Assembly: GCA_038060895.1 (NCBI GenBank)
Contig: JBBTCT010000019.1
Location: forward strand, 53,217 to 87,926
Reading direction: 5' to 3'
Source: Planctomycetota bacterium
GTDB lineage: Bacteria > Planctomycetota > MHYJ01 > WSZJ01
DNA: 34,710 nucleotides
Shown here: positions 1 through 9,082 of the stretch, one piece after another
Layout: each line of letters begins with the position of its first letter
Numbering within the stretch: position 1 is the first letter of the stretch
The notes under the pieces: generated by a model
The model's database searches: none
The model's input: only the letters and a program-made list of their open reading frames with translations
Told to the model about the DNA's origin: nothing
Position numbers and translations under genes: made by a program

Positions 1-1
1 G

Positions 2-805
2 GCCATGGCCACGCACCCCGGGATCGACAAGATCTCCTTCACGGGCTCGACGGCGACCGGCATCGAGCTGATGAAGGCATGCGCGCCTTCTCTGAAGCGC
101 ATCACCCTCGAACTCGGCGGCAAATCGCCGAGCGTCGTGTTCGCCGACGCCGACCTCGACGCGGCCGTCCGCGGCGCGACCGGCGGCATTTTCTTCAACA
201 AGGGTGAGATGTGCTCGGCCGGCTCCCGCCTGCTCGTCGAGGAAAAGGTGTACGACACCGTCGTTACAAAACTTGCCGAGCGCACCGCCAAGCTCCTGCA
301 GGGCGACCCGATGGACCCGAAGGTCCGCGTCGGCCCCCAGACGTCCGACGCGCAGCGCAAGGCGATCCTGGCGTACATCGCTTCCGGCAAGGAACAGGGC
401 GCCAAGGTCGTCGCCGGCGGCGAACCGTTCTCGGTGAACGGAAAGGGCTACTTCGTCAAACCGACGATCTTCGCCGAAGTGACGCCCGCGATGAAGATCG
501 CGCAGGAGGAGATCTTCGGCCCGGTCCTCGCCGTCATGCGCTTCAAGGATGCCGAGGAAGCCGTCCGCCTCGCCAACGACACCTGCTACGGCCTTGCGGC
601 CGCGGTCTGGACGAACGACGTGAAGAAAGCGCACAAGACGGCGCGGGCCCTGAAGGCCGGGACCGTCTGGGTCAACGCCTACGGCCTCAACGATCCCGCC
701 GTGCCGTTCGGCGGGTACAAGCAGAGCGGTTTCGGGCGAGATCTCGGGCGCGAGTGCCTTGATGGGTTCCTGCAGACTAAGGCCGTTTGGATGGACTTGA
801 GCTAG
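2..805 (+). CDS. Aldehyde dehydrogenase family protein (5'-truncated by window edge)
   Basis: ALDH motifs FTGST, LELGGKSP, catalytic Cys in GEMCSAGSR, EEIFGPV and PFGGYKQSGFGR; the frame is open to the window start. Confidence 0.95.
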   Translation, partial: AMATHPGIDKISFTGSTATGIELMKACAPSLKRITLELGGKSPSVVFADADLDAAVRGATGGIFFNKGEMCSAGSRLLVEEKVYDTVVTKLAERTAKLLQGDPMDPKVRVGPQTSDAQRKAILAYIASGKEQGAKVVAGGEPFSVNGKGYFVKPTIFAEVTPAMKIAQEEIFGPVLAVMRFKDAEEAVRLANDTCYGLAAAVWTNDVKKAHKTARALKAGTVWVNAYGLNDPAVPFGGYKQSGFGRDLGRECLDGFLQTKAVWMDLS

Positions 806-814
806 CCGTTGTAC

Positions 815-902
815 GGGTCGAAGGTCATAGGTCGAAAGTCGAAGGTCACGGCCGCACCGCCAAGGGCCTTTCCTTCGACTTTCGACCTTAGACCTTTGAC
901 CC
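815..902. repeat. Inverted repeat whose 31-nt arms are each ~4 tandem heptamers (GGTCGAA / TTCGACC)
   Basis: 815-845 GGGTCGAAGGTCATAGGTCGAAAGTCGAAGG vs reverse complement of 872-902 GGGTCAAAGGTCTAAGGTCGAAAGTCGAAGG (28/31 identical). Confidence 0.9.
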
Positions 903-960
903 CGCCCTTCGTGTTTCAACCAATCAACGAACGCTATCCCAACTTCATAAGGAGACGCTC

Positions 961-1773
961 ATGACCGTCGCAACCGCACCGGCAGGCACCAAATTGGCAA
1001 ATTACAAGCCGATCGGCGACGGCGTCGCCCTGATCGAACTCAACGACCCGCCGGCTAATACCTACACGCACGAAATGATGCTCGACCTCGACGCCGCCAT
1101 CATGGCCGCCCGCTTCGACGACGACGTCTATACCGTCGTACTGACCGGCTTCGGCGAGAAGTTCTTCTGCGCCGGCGCGAACATCAAGATGCTCGCGAGC
1201 GTCACACCGAAATTTAAGTACTACTTCTGCCTCCACGCGAACGAGACCCTGTCGCGCATGGAACAGACGCCGAAGCTCTTCATCGCGGCCCTCAACGGCC
1301 ACTGCGTCGGCGGCGGCCTCGAGATCGCCATGGCGACCGACATGATCATCGCCAAGAAGAACGCCGGGAAACTCGGCCTCCCCGAGATCAACCTCGGCGT
1401 GCTGCCCGGTACCGGCGGCACCGCGCGCCTGACGCGCATCGTCGGGAAGCGCAAGGCCATGGAGCTCATGATCAAGGGCGACAACTTCTCCTTCGAGCAG
1501 GGCAAGGAGATGGGGATCGTCACCGACATCTTCGAAGCCGAAGGTTTCATGGACAAGGTCATCGCCTTCGCCAAGAGCTTCTGCCCGCCGAACAAGGCCG
1601 CCAAGGCCGTCGCCAACATCAAGCGTTCGTGCCAGAGCGGCGCCGAGATTCCGTTTGAAAACGCGCTGACGCTGGAGCGCGAACTGCAGCAGCAGCTGTT
1701 CCAGAGCGAGGATGCGAAGGAAGGGCTGAATGCGTATGTCGAGAAACGGACGCCGAAGTTCAAGGGCAAGTAG
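961..1773 (+). CDS. Enoyl-CoA hydratase/isomerase (crotonase superfamily)
   Basis: FFCAGANI oxyanion loop, GHCVGGGLE and LPEINLGVLPGTGGT; SD AAGGAG upstream. Confidence 0.93.
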   Translation: MTVATAPAGTKLANYKPIGDGVALIELNDPPANTYTHEMMLDLDAAIMAARFDDDVYTVVLTGFGEKFFCAGANIKMLASVTPKFKYYFCLHANETLSRMEQTPKLFIAALNGHCVGGGLEIAMATDMIIAKKNAGKLGLPEINLGVLPGTGGTARLTRIVGKRKAMELMIKGDNFSFEQGKEMGIVTDIFEAEGFMDKVIAFAKSFCPPNKAAKAVANIKRSCQSGAEIPFENALTLERELQQQLFQSEDAKEGLNAYVEKRTPKFKGK

Positions 1774-1799
1774 GTAGGGGGTAGAAACGGCGCACCCAG

Positions 1800-1834
1800 T
1801 GGAGTCGCGGGAAACCGCGACTCCATTTTGTTTT
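1800..1834 (+). terminator. Rho-independent terminator
   Basis: Perfect 11-bp stem TGGAGTCGCGG-GAAA-CCGCGACTCCA followed by TTTTGTTTT. Confidence 0.9.
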
Positions 1835-1866
1835 CGGCGGGCGGGCGCTGGAATACCCTGACCCGC

Positions 1867-2889
1867 ATGAGAGCCTTCAGAGTCCACCAGCACGGCGGTC
1901 CCGAGGTCCTCAAGGAGGAAGTGCTTCCCGACCCCTCCCCCGCCGCGGACGAGGTCATCGTCGAGGTGAAGGCGTGTGCGCTGAACCACCTGGATCTGTG
2001 GGTGCGCAAGGGGGTCCCGGGACACAAATTTCCGCTTCCGATCATTCCCGGCTGTGACATCGCGGGCGTGGTGAAGGAAGCCGGGGCGGTGGTGAAGAAC
2101 GCGAAGCCCGGGGACAAGGTCGTCGTCTCGCCGGGATTCGGCTGCGACGCCTGCGAGTCGTGCGCCGAGGGGAACGACAACCTCTGCCGCGAGTACGGGA
2201 TCATGGGCGAGACGCGCGACGGCGGGTACGCGCAGTACGTGCGGGTTCCGGCGCGGCTGCTGCTGCCGCTTCCTGACGGCCTCTCCTTCGAAACTGCCGC
2301 GGCGGCGCCGCTGACGATGCTGACGGCGTGGCACATGCTGATCGGCCGCTGCGGCCTCCGCGCCGGGGACGACGTGCTGGTGCATGCGGCGGGAAGCGGC
2401 GTGGGGAGCGCGGCGGTGCAGATCGCGAAGCTGCACGGGGCGCGCGTCTGGGCGACGGCGTCCACGGAAGCGAAGCGAGCGAAGGCGGTGGAGCTGGGGG
2501 CGGACGCGGCGTTCGGATATGAGAACTTCGTCGAGGAAGTTCGAAAACGGACGTCGAAGCGCGGATGCGACATCGTGTTCGAGCACGTGGGGACGGCGAC
2601 GTTTGAGGGTAGCCTCAAGTGCGTGGCGAAGGGGGGGCGAGTCGTGACGTGTGGAGCGACGACAGGGGCTGACGCGAAGTTCGATTTGCGGCTGGTGTTT
2701 TTCAAGAGTTTGTCGATCCTGGGCTCGACGATGGGGAGCCGAGGCGAGTTGATGAGGGCCATGAGGCTGGTCGGGCAGGGAAAACTGAAGCCGGTGGTAG
2801 ACCGGGTGATGCCGCTGGCGGAGGTGAGGAAGGCGCACGAGATGCTGGAGAAGAGGGAGCAATTCGGGAAGATAGTGCTGGTTCCGTGA
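1867..2889 (+). CDS. Zinc-binding alcohol dehydrogenase / quinone oxidoreductase (MDR family)
   Basis: Start MRAFRVHQHGGPEVL; structural Zn CDACESC..C; nucleotide-binding AAGSGVG; GKIVL C-terminus. ATG 1867 preferred over TTG 1828. Confidence 0.92.
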   Translation: MRAFRVHQHGGPEVLKEEVLPDPSPAADEVIVEVKACALNHLDLWVRKGVPGHKFPLPIIPGCDIAGVVKEAGAVVKNAKPGDKVVVSPGFGCDACESCAEGNDNLCREYGIMGETRDGGYAQYVRVPARLLLPLPDGLSFETAAAAPLTMLTAWHMLIGRCGLRAGDDVLVHAAGSGVGSAAVQIAKLHGARVWATASTEAKRAKAVELGADAAFGYENFVEEVRKRTSKRGCDIVFEHVGTATFEGSLKCVAKGGRVVTCGATTGADAKFDLRLVFFKSLSILGSTMGSRGELMRAMRLVGQGKLKPVVDRVMPLAEVRKAHEMLEKREQFGKIVLVP

Positions 2890-2910
2890 CACGGCGGAAG
2901 GACAAAGCCC

Positions 2911-3005
2911 AATTTTGAATATCTAATATCCAATATCGAATATCGAATGACCCGAACAGCAGCTGTCATTCGATATTCGATATTAGATATTCGATATTAA
3001 AAATT
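2911..3005. repeat. AT-rich inverted repeat with 41-nt arms built from tandem heptamers AATATCN
   Basis: 2911-2951 vs reverse complement of 2965-3005: 38/41 identical, 13-nt loop; all mismatches fall at heptad position 7. Confidence 0.92.
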
Positions 3006-3034
3006 AGTCCTTTCCCTAATCCCGGGAGACCGCC

Positions 3035-3787
3035 TTGGCCTACACCGCCATCCTCGTCGAAGTCACCGACCGCCTCGGCGTCATCACGATTAACCGCCCC
3101 GACGTCCGCAACGCGATCGACCTCGCCGTCGTCACGGAACTGACCGCGGCGCTCGACGACCTCAAGGACAAGATCGGCTGCCTCATCATCACCGGCGCGG
3201 GGGACAAGGCATTCGCGGCGGGCGCCGACATCGCGCAGCTGCGCGACCGGAACCGCGACGACGCGCTCAAGGGAATCAACACGCGCGTGTTCCGGCTCAT
3301 CGAGGACTTCCCTTTCCCGGTCATCGCCGCCGTGTGCGGCTTCGCTCTCGGCGGCGGCTGCGAGCTGGCGATGGCATGCGACCTGCGCGTCGCCGGCGAA
3401 TCGTCGAAGTTCGGCCAGCCCGAGGTTTCCCTGGGGATCATCGCCGGCGCGGGCGCGACCTACCGGCTCGCGCGGCTCGTCGGCGCCGGGCGCGCGAAGG
3501 AGCTTCTCTTTACCGGCCGCATCATCGACGCGAAGGAAGCGGAGCAGATCGGGCTCGTGAACAAGGTCGTCGCCGACGTCGATGTGCTCAAGACCGCCAA
3601 GGCTCTCGCCGCCGACATCCTCAAGAACGCGCCGCTCGCCGTGCGCCTGACAAAGTGGTCCATCAACGCGACCCTTCGCGCCGGCGAGCCCGACACGGCG
3701 ATCGAGCAACTGTCGCAGGCAGTGCTGTTCGAGACGGAAGATAAGAAGAAGCGCATGACGGACTTCCTGGAGAAGCGCAAGAAGTGA
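3035..3787 (+). CDS. Enoyl-CoA hydratase (PaaF/crotonase-like)
   Basis: TTG start after GGGAG; motifs AFAAGADI, ALGGGCELAMACD and FGQPEVSLG. Confidence 0.92.
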   Translation: MAYTAILVEVTDRLGVITINRPDVRNAIDLAVVTELTAALDDLKDKIGCLIITGAGDKAFAAGADIAQLRDRNRDDALKGINTRVFRLIEDFPFPVIAAVCGFALGGGCELAMACDLRVAGESSKFGQPEVSLGIIAGAGATYRLARLVGAGRAKELLFTGRIIDAKEAEQIGLVNKVVADVDVLKTAKALAADILKNAPLAVRLTKWSINATLRAGEPDTAIEQLSQAVLFETEDKKKRMTDFLEKRKK

Positions 3788-5451
3788 GCCTGACCGTCAT
3801 CACGCTTGCCGTCCTGGCCGCGTTCGGCGGCGCGTATCTCGTGTACTCGCGCCTTCTCGCGCAGACGTTTGCGCTCGACGACGCGACGCTAACACCGGCG
3901 CACGAGTTGAACGACGGCGTTGATTACTGCCCGACTTCGCAGGGCATGCTCGCCGCCCAGCACTTTTCCGCCATTACGGCCGCAGGCCCGATCGTCGGCC
4001 CGATCACCGCGGGGCTGATGTTCGGATGGGTTCCCGCCCTGCTCTGGATCGTCCTCGGATGCATCTTCATAGGTGCCGTGCACGATTTCTCGGCGCTGGT
4101 CGCTTCGGTCCGCCACAAGGCGCGCTCGGTCGCGGAAGTCATGCGCGAACACACCAGCGGCCGGGCGTACTACGTGTTCCTCTCGTTCATCTGGCTGTCC
4201 CTGATGTACGTCATCGTGGCCTTTACGGACCTGACGGCGAAGGCCTTCCTCGCGAAAGACCCCGTGCTCGGCGCCATCGGGCCGGGTGTCGCTTCCTCGT
4301 CCGTCATGTACCTGGCGCTCGCCTTCGTGCTCGGCGTCTGCTTCAAGAAGGGCCTCAAGACGCTCCCGGCGACCCTGGTTTTCGTTCCGCTGCTGTTCGC
4401 CATCGTCTGGTTAGGCCAGAAACTGCCGATTTCGCTGCCGGCGTTCGGCTCCCTGGGCCAGCACCGCGCCTGGGAACTCCTCATCCTGGTCTACTGCGGC
4501 TTCGCTTCCGTCGCCCCTCTCTGGTCCCTCCTCCAGCCCCGCGGTTTCCTCGGCGGCTGGTTTCTCTACGTCACCATCGGCGCAGGACTGGTCGGCCTGG
4601 TCTTCGGCTCGTTTTTCTTCAGCCAGGGCTTCACCACTACTTACCCCATGTTCCTGGGCTGGGGCTCCGGCACGAAGTTTCTCTTTCCGTTCCTTTTCGT
4701 CACCATCGCCTGCGGCGCCTGCTCGGGGTTCCACGGCATCGTCTGCTCCGGCACGACGTCCAAGCAGATCGACAAGGAAGGACACGTCCGCGCCGTCGGC
4801 TACGGCTCCATGCTCGGCGAGGGCGTCGTCGCCCTCATCTCACTGGCTTGCGTGATGATTCTCGCGAAGGGATACAAGGGAACGCCGGACGCGATCTACG
4901 CGAAGGGCATCGCGAACTTCCTCCGCATCTTCGGCATCCCCGCCGGCATCGCCGTTTCGTTCGGCACCCTCGCCTTCGCCACGTTCATCTTCGACACACT
5001 CGACGTCTGCACCCGCCTCGGCCGCCAGATCTTTGCCGAGCTCTTCGGCATCCAGGGCAACCTCGGCCGCTTCCTTGGGACCGTCGTCACCCTCGGCATT
5101 CCCGCCTATTTCCTGATGGGAGCCACCGGCGACGCCTGGAAAACCTACTGGCTCGTCTTCGGAACCTCCAACCAGCTCCTCGCCGGCCTCACCCTCCTCG
5201 GCATCACCGTCTGGCTCATGCAGTCGAAGAAATCCGCGTGGTTCGTCGCGTTGCCGATGGTCTTTCTCATCGTGACGACGATGACCTCGCTCGTGCTCTT
5301 CATGAAGGACGCCTTCGCCGCAAACGCCAATCTCCAGTCACGCCAGGTCGGCGTCGTCGCGGCCGTCCTGCTGGTCCTGTCGCTCTGGCTGGTCGTGGAA
5401 GCGGCTATGGCGATGACGAAGGCGGCCTCCGGCCGGGCGGCGGCCGCTTGA
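3784..5451 (+). CDS. cstA: Carbon starvation protein A family transporter
   Basis: CstA motifs TPAHELNDGVDY, HFSAITAAGPIVGP, GAVHDF, TIACGACSGFH and FGTSNQLLAG; many TM helices; GTGA overlap with upstream gene. Confidence 0.92.
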   Translation: MSLTVITLAVLAAFGGAYLVYSRLLAQTFALDDATLTPAHELNDGVDYCPTSQGMLAAQHFSAITAAGPIVGPITAGLMFGWVPALLWIVLGCIFIGAVHDFSALVASVRHKARSVAEVMREHTSGRAYYVFLSFIWLSLMYVIVAFTDLTAKAFLAKDPVLGAIGPGVASSSVMYLALAFVLGVCFKKGLKTLPATLVFVPLLFAIVWLGQKLPISLPAFGSLGQHRAWELLILVYCGFASVAPLWSLLQPRGFLGGWFLYVTIGAGLVGLVFGSFFFSQGFTTTYPMFLGWGSGTKFLFPFLFVTIACGACSGFHGIVCSGTTSKQIDKEGHVRAVGYGSMLGEGVVALISLACVMILAKGYKGTPDAIYAKGIANFLRIFGIPAGIAVSFGTLAFATFIFDTLDVCTRLGRQIFAELFGIQGNLGRFLGTVVTLGIPAYFLMGATGDAWKTYWLVFGTSNQLLAGLTLLGITVWLMQSKKSAWFVALPMVFLIVTTMTSLVLFMKDAFAANANLQSRQVGVVAAVLLVLSLWLVVEAAMAMTKAASGRAAAA

Positions 5452-5479
5452 ACCGCGCATCCCACACTCAGGAGACCTC

Positions 5480-6328
5480 GTGAGCAAAATCACCGTCATC
5501 GGCGCCGGCACCATGGGCCACGGCATCGCGCAGGTCGCCGCACAGGCCGGGTTCGATGTCGCGCTGTTCGACATCAAGGACGATTTCGTGCAGAAGGGTC
5601 TCGCGAAAGTGAACGAGAATCTCGCGAAGGGCGTGGAAAAGGGGAAGGTGACGCCGGCGGACCGCGATGCGGCGCTCGGGAGGTTGCACGGCACGACGGA
5701 CATCAAGTCGGCGTGCGACGGGGTCGTGCTGGCCGTCGAAGCGGCGCCGGAGAAGATACGGATCAAGCACGACATCTTCGAGCAGCTCGACAAGTACTCC
5801 CCGGCCGACGCCATCCTTGCGACAAACACCTCGAGCCTTTCGGTCACGGAAATCTCACGCGCCACGAAGCGCCCGTCGCACGTCTGCGGGATGCACTTCT
5901 TCAACCCGCCGCACATCATGAAGCTGCTCGAGATCGTTCGCGCCGCCGATACCTCCGACGCCACCATCGCGAAAGCCCGCGATTTCGGCGCGAAATTCGG
6001 CAAGGACAGCATCCTCGTCAAGGACGCCCCGGGCTTCGCTTCGAGCCGCCTCGGCGTCTGCGTCGGGCTTGAGGCGATGCGGATGCTGGAACAGGGAGTC
6101 GCGACCGCGGAGGACATCGACAAGGCCATGAAGCTCGGATACGGCTTCCCGATGGGCCCGCTCGAACTGACCGACCTCGTAGGCCTCGACGTGCGCCTCG
6201 ACATCGCGACGTACCTGCACACTGAGCTGAAGAGCGAGGTCTTCCGCCCGCCGGAAATCCTCAAGAAGCTGGTCGCGGAGGGAAAGCTGGGCAAGAAATC
6301 GAAGCAGGGGTTCTACAAGCACCCGTGA
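5480..6328 (+). CDS. 3-hydroxyacyl-CoA (3-hydroxybutyryl-CoA-like) dehydrogenase
   Basis: GAGTMGHGIAQ Rossmann fold, ATNTSSLS, GMHFFNP and GFPMGPLEL; GTG start after AGGAG. Confidence 0.95.
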   Translation: MSKITVIGAGTMGHGIAQVAAQAGFDVALFDIKDDFVQKGLAKVNENLAKGVEKGKVTPADRDAALGRLHGTTDIKSACDGVVLAVEAAPEKIRIKHDIFEQLDKYSPADAILATNTSSLSVTEISRATKRPSHVCGMHFFNPPHIMKLLEIVRAADTSDATIAKARDFGAKFGKDSILVKDAPGFASSRLGVCVGLEAMRMLEQGVATAEDIDKAMKLGYGFPMGPLELTDLVGLDVRLDIATYLHTELKSEVFRPPEILKKLVAEGKLGKKSKQGFYKHP

Positions 6329-7074
6329 GCGAGGTTCAGCTTCACGTCGAACGCAGGGGGACGGGCTTCCCGACCGTCTGGCTCCACGGCTGGTCCGCCG
6401 AACTCGGCGTCTGGCGGGACTTTCCGGACATTCCCGGGCGTGAAGCCGTGCTCTTCGATCTCCCCGGCCACGGCCGCTCGCCGTGGACTGACGACTGGAC
6501 CCTCGACTCCCTGGCCCCCGCCGTCCTGTCCCGGATCGACTACCCGGCCGATTTCGTCGGCTGGTCGCTCGGCGGCGTGCTCGCCGCAGCCTGCGCGCTC
6601 GCCGAGCCCGCGAAAGTCCGCTCCATTGCCGTCCTCGCCATGTCGAACTTCGGCGGCGAGCGCGCCGAACGGATGCGCAACTCTCTCGCGAAAAACAAAC
6701 TGCGCGCCCTCGCAGACTTCTACGGCGCGGTCTGGAGCGAGGCGGACCGCGCGCAGCCCGGATTCGACCAGTTACAGAAGGACCTCGCGCGCAGCCGGAA
6801 ATTGCCCCCGGTCGAAGCGATGCTCGGCCTTTACCGGAAGTTTTCCGGCGCAATCCCGTCCCTCGCGATAGAGAAAGTGACCTGCCCCTTCCTCGTCGCC
6901 CACGGGACCGGCGACAGCGTTACGCCTATGTTGCGCGCCGAGGAAATCGTTCAACGAATCACCGGCGCCCAACTCGTGCGCATCGAAGGCGCCGGCCACG
7001 TCCCCTTCCTGACCTTTCCCGATGCGTGTCACACAATTCTGCGCGACTTCTGGGCCCGCTTCGCCGCACGATAG
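6325..7074 (+). CDS. Alpha/beta hydrolase (BioH-like)
   Basis: LHGW, DLPGHGRS, nucleophile GWSLGG, HGTGD and catalytic GH; GTGA overlap. Confidence 0.88.
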   Translation: MSEVQLHVERRGTGFPTVWLHGWSAELGVWRDFPDIPGREAVLFDLPGHGRSPWTDDWTLDSLAPAVLSRIDYPADFVGWSLGGVLAAACALAEPAKVRSIAVLAMSNFGGERAERMRNSLAKNKLRALADFYGAVWSEADRAQPGFDQLQKDLARSRKLPPVEAMLGLYRKFSGAIPSLAIEKVTCPFLVAHGTGDSVTPMLRAEEIVQRITGAQLVRIEGAGHVPFLTFPDACHTILRDFWARFAAR

Positions 7075-7080
7075 AGGCGC

Positions 7081-8283
7081 ATGCCCACCATCCTCTGCGA
7101 CTGCGGAAGCCGCTTTCCCGCCATCCCCGGCGGAACGTGCCCGCAGTGCGGAAAGGGACCTCCGAAGGCCGAAGCGACCGCCGTGTGCGGGTGCGGCGAA
7201 GTCCACCTGGGCTCAGCGCTGTGGATCTATCGCGAGATCACCTGCGAAAAATGCGCACGTGAATTTGAGATGTGCGTGCCCGAGGAAGGAACACTCGCGG
7301 TGGTCACCCGGGCCGAGTCGGGAGCAAGAGTCTCGCCCGCCCGATGGGCGTTCCTCGCGTTCCTGATTCCCCTGTTCCTCCTGTTGCTCAAGCCCGACGA
7401 CATCGAGAAGCGCATCGCGGAAACAGCGAAGGATCATCCGCGCGTCAAACGCCTCCTCGAAATGGAGGAGGACCCCGACGAGGTCCTCGCCGAGCTTCCC
7501 GGACGGAAGATCGCCGGCGCCTGGCTCCCCCGCGACTCGACGCTCCCCTGGGCCATGACTTTCCTCGCCGTCGGCGCCTTCGCCGTCTCGTTCCGGTTCC
7601 TCGTCCCCGCCGGCCGCGCCACCTGGAAACAACTCGGCCTCGTCGCGCTCTTCACCGGCACCGCCGGCATCTTCGCTCTGCTCTCCCTTCAGGGCGTCGC
7701 CTTCAGCGGCGAAGGCGGGATCCTCCTCGTCTTCGCCATCATGTACCTGCTCGCCCTCCACCCCGCCGTCGGATTCGCCGGCAAACTCATCGGCTTCACG
7801 CTCGGCGTCGGCCTCCTCGAGGAAGGCGTCAAGGCGATCCCTCTCGTCTGGCGTTTCGGCAGCGGCAATTCCCGCCTCGACATCCGCGGCGCCGCCGCCT
7901 GGGGAATCGCCAGCGGCGCCGGCTTCGGGTTGAGCGAAGCCCTTCACTACTCCCTCGACATGTACAACGGCCTCTTCCCCGCCTCGATCTACCTCGTCCG
8001 CTTCGCCTCCTGCGTCGCCCTCCACGGCGCATGGGCCGGGACGAGTGCGATCCTGATGTGGAAGTGGCAGTCGGAGCTGTCCGACGTCTGGTGGAAGCGG
8101 ATTCGCGCGCTGGCCTTCGCGCTGATCGGCCCGATGCTCCTGCACGGCCTCTATGACGCGCTGCTGTCGAAGGAGCACGAGATCCTCGCGACGCTGGTCG
8201 CGCTTGGCAGCCTTGCGTGGTTTCTGTGGCTGTACGGGCGCGCGGACCGGATTGAAGCGCGCGTGGTGGGTCTGGCGGCGTGA
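7081..8283 (+). CDS. PrsW-family intramembrane protease with N-terminal double Zn-ribbon
   Basis: PrsW motifs EEGVK, GAGFGLSEA, LHGAW and LHGLYD; multiple TM helices; N-terminal CxC..CxxC twice. Confidence 0.85.
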   Translation: MPTILCDCGSRFPAIPGGTCPQCGKGPPKAEATAVCGCGEVHLGSALWIYREITCEKCAREFEMCVPEEGTLAVVTRAESGARVSPARWAFLAFLIPLFLLLLKPDDIEKRIAETAKDHPRVKRLLEMEEDPDEVLAELPGRKIAGAWLPRDSTLPWAMTFLAVGAFAVSFRFLVPAGRATWKQLGLVALFTGTAGIFALLSLQGVAFSGEGGILLVFAIMYLLALHPAVGFAGKLIGFTLGVGLLEEGVKAIPLVWRFGSGNSRLDIRGAAAWGIASGAGFGLSEALHYSLDMYNGLFPASIYLVRFASCVALHGAWAGTSAILMWKWQSELSDVWWKRIRALAFALIGPMLLHGLYDALLSKEHEILATLVALGSLAWFLWLYGRADRIEARVVGLAA

Positions 8284-8333
8284 CGCTCCAGTTCGCGTGA
8301 GAAACGGGGTCCGGGACACCCTAGAATCAGGGT

Positions 8334-9038
8334 ATGCACCGACGTCCAGTCCACGGCCGGCACCGCTTCACCGCCCTGAAAGCCGCCAGCCGGAACGCTC
8401 TTCTGCTCCTCTGCGCGGCGGGATGCGCGGCCCGCGGGACGGTCGTTGCCCACAGCGAGAACCGGCCCTGCGGCGCGCCCCTGGAACGGCTTGTCGCAGA
8501 AGCGCAGATTCAGGAAGACGGCACCTGTTTGCTCAGCGTTGTTCGCGAACAGGACCAGGTTTTCGAGCGGGACTACTGGACGGATTCTTCGTCGGCGCCT
8601 CTGGACCCGATGAACGCAAACTCGCTCCGGATCGCCGAGGGGACGCCTTTCGGCCAACCCGCTCCGAGTCAGTACGGCGACATGGGGCCGGCAGGCATTG
8701 TGCTGATCGCCCTCTACGGAAGCTTCTGGCTGGTGTACCTGACGGTCGAGTGGATTTCGGACCTCTTCAGTTCCGATTTCCGGCAACTGAGGCCCCTCAA
8801 GCTGAACGACTCCCCGGACCGGGTGACGGTACGGCACACCGAAACGATTCGCCGGGCGTCCACCGAGGTCATTCTTTCCCGCGCGGATGGAAGCGCTCCG
8901 GTCTTCCTGGGCGTTCAGCCGGCGGGAGGGTACGTCCTCGGTGCACCCCTGGTTGAACAGCTGGGAGGAAGAGGCGCGCGGATTCTCGTGCGGGACGGTG
9001 ACCTCACCGCAACAGCGACCCTGGGACTTCCCCGTTGA
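8334..9038 (+). CDS. Uncharacterised lipoprotein, paralog 1 of 4
   Basis: Lipobox LLCAAG|C; shares VF.RDYW, ETIR and LG.QP..GY.L...LV..LGG.GA.I.VRD..L.AT with neighbours; TAGAAT 6 nt before ATG. Confidence 0.8.
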   Translation: MHRRPVHGRHRFTALKAASRNALLLLCAAGCAARGTVVAHSENRPCGAPLERLVAEAQIQEDGTCLLSVVREQDQVFERDYWTDSSSAPLDPMNANSLRIAEGTPFGQPAPSQYGDMGPAGIVLIALYGSFWLVYLTVEWISDLFSSDFRQLRPLKLNDSPDRVTVRHTETIRRASTEVILSRADGSAPVFLGVQPAGGYVLGAPLVEQLGGRGARILVRDGDLTATATLGLPR

Positions 9039-9082
9039 TTTCGCCTGGTGGAACGGGTGGCCCGGACTGCATGCGTCCCCGG

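Noticed and set aside
961-1773. Calling the first crotonase boxC
   Set aside because: BoxC is roughly twice this length with two crotonase domains; no gene symbol assigned.
934-2969. Long antisense ORFs (652 aa and 582 aa)
   Set aside because: Shadows of the crotonase and MDR genes in high-GC DNA; no motifs and Arg/Pro/Ser-rich composition.
815-3005. Heptamer repeats as a CRISPR array
   Set aside because: Units are 7 nt, contiguous and without spacers; no cas genes are present.
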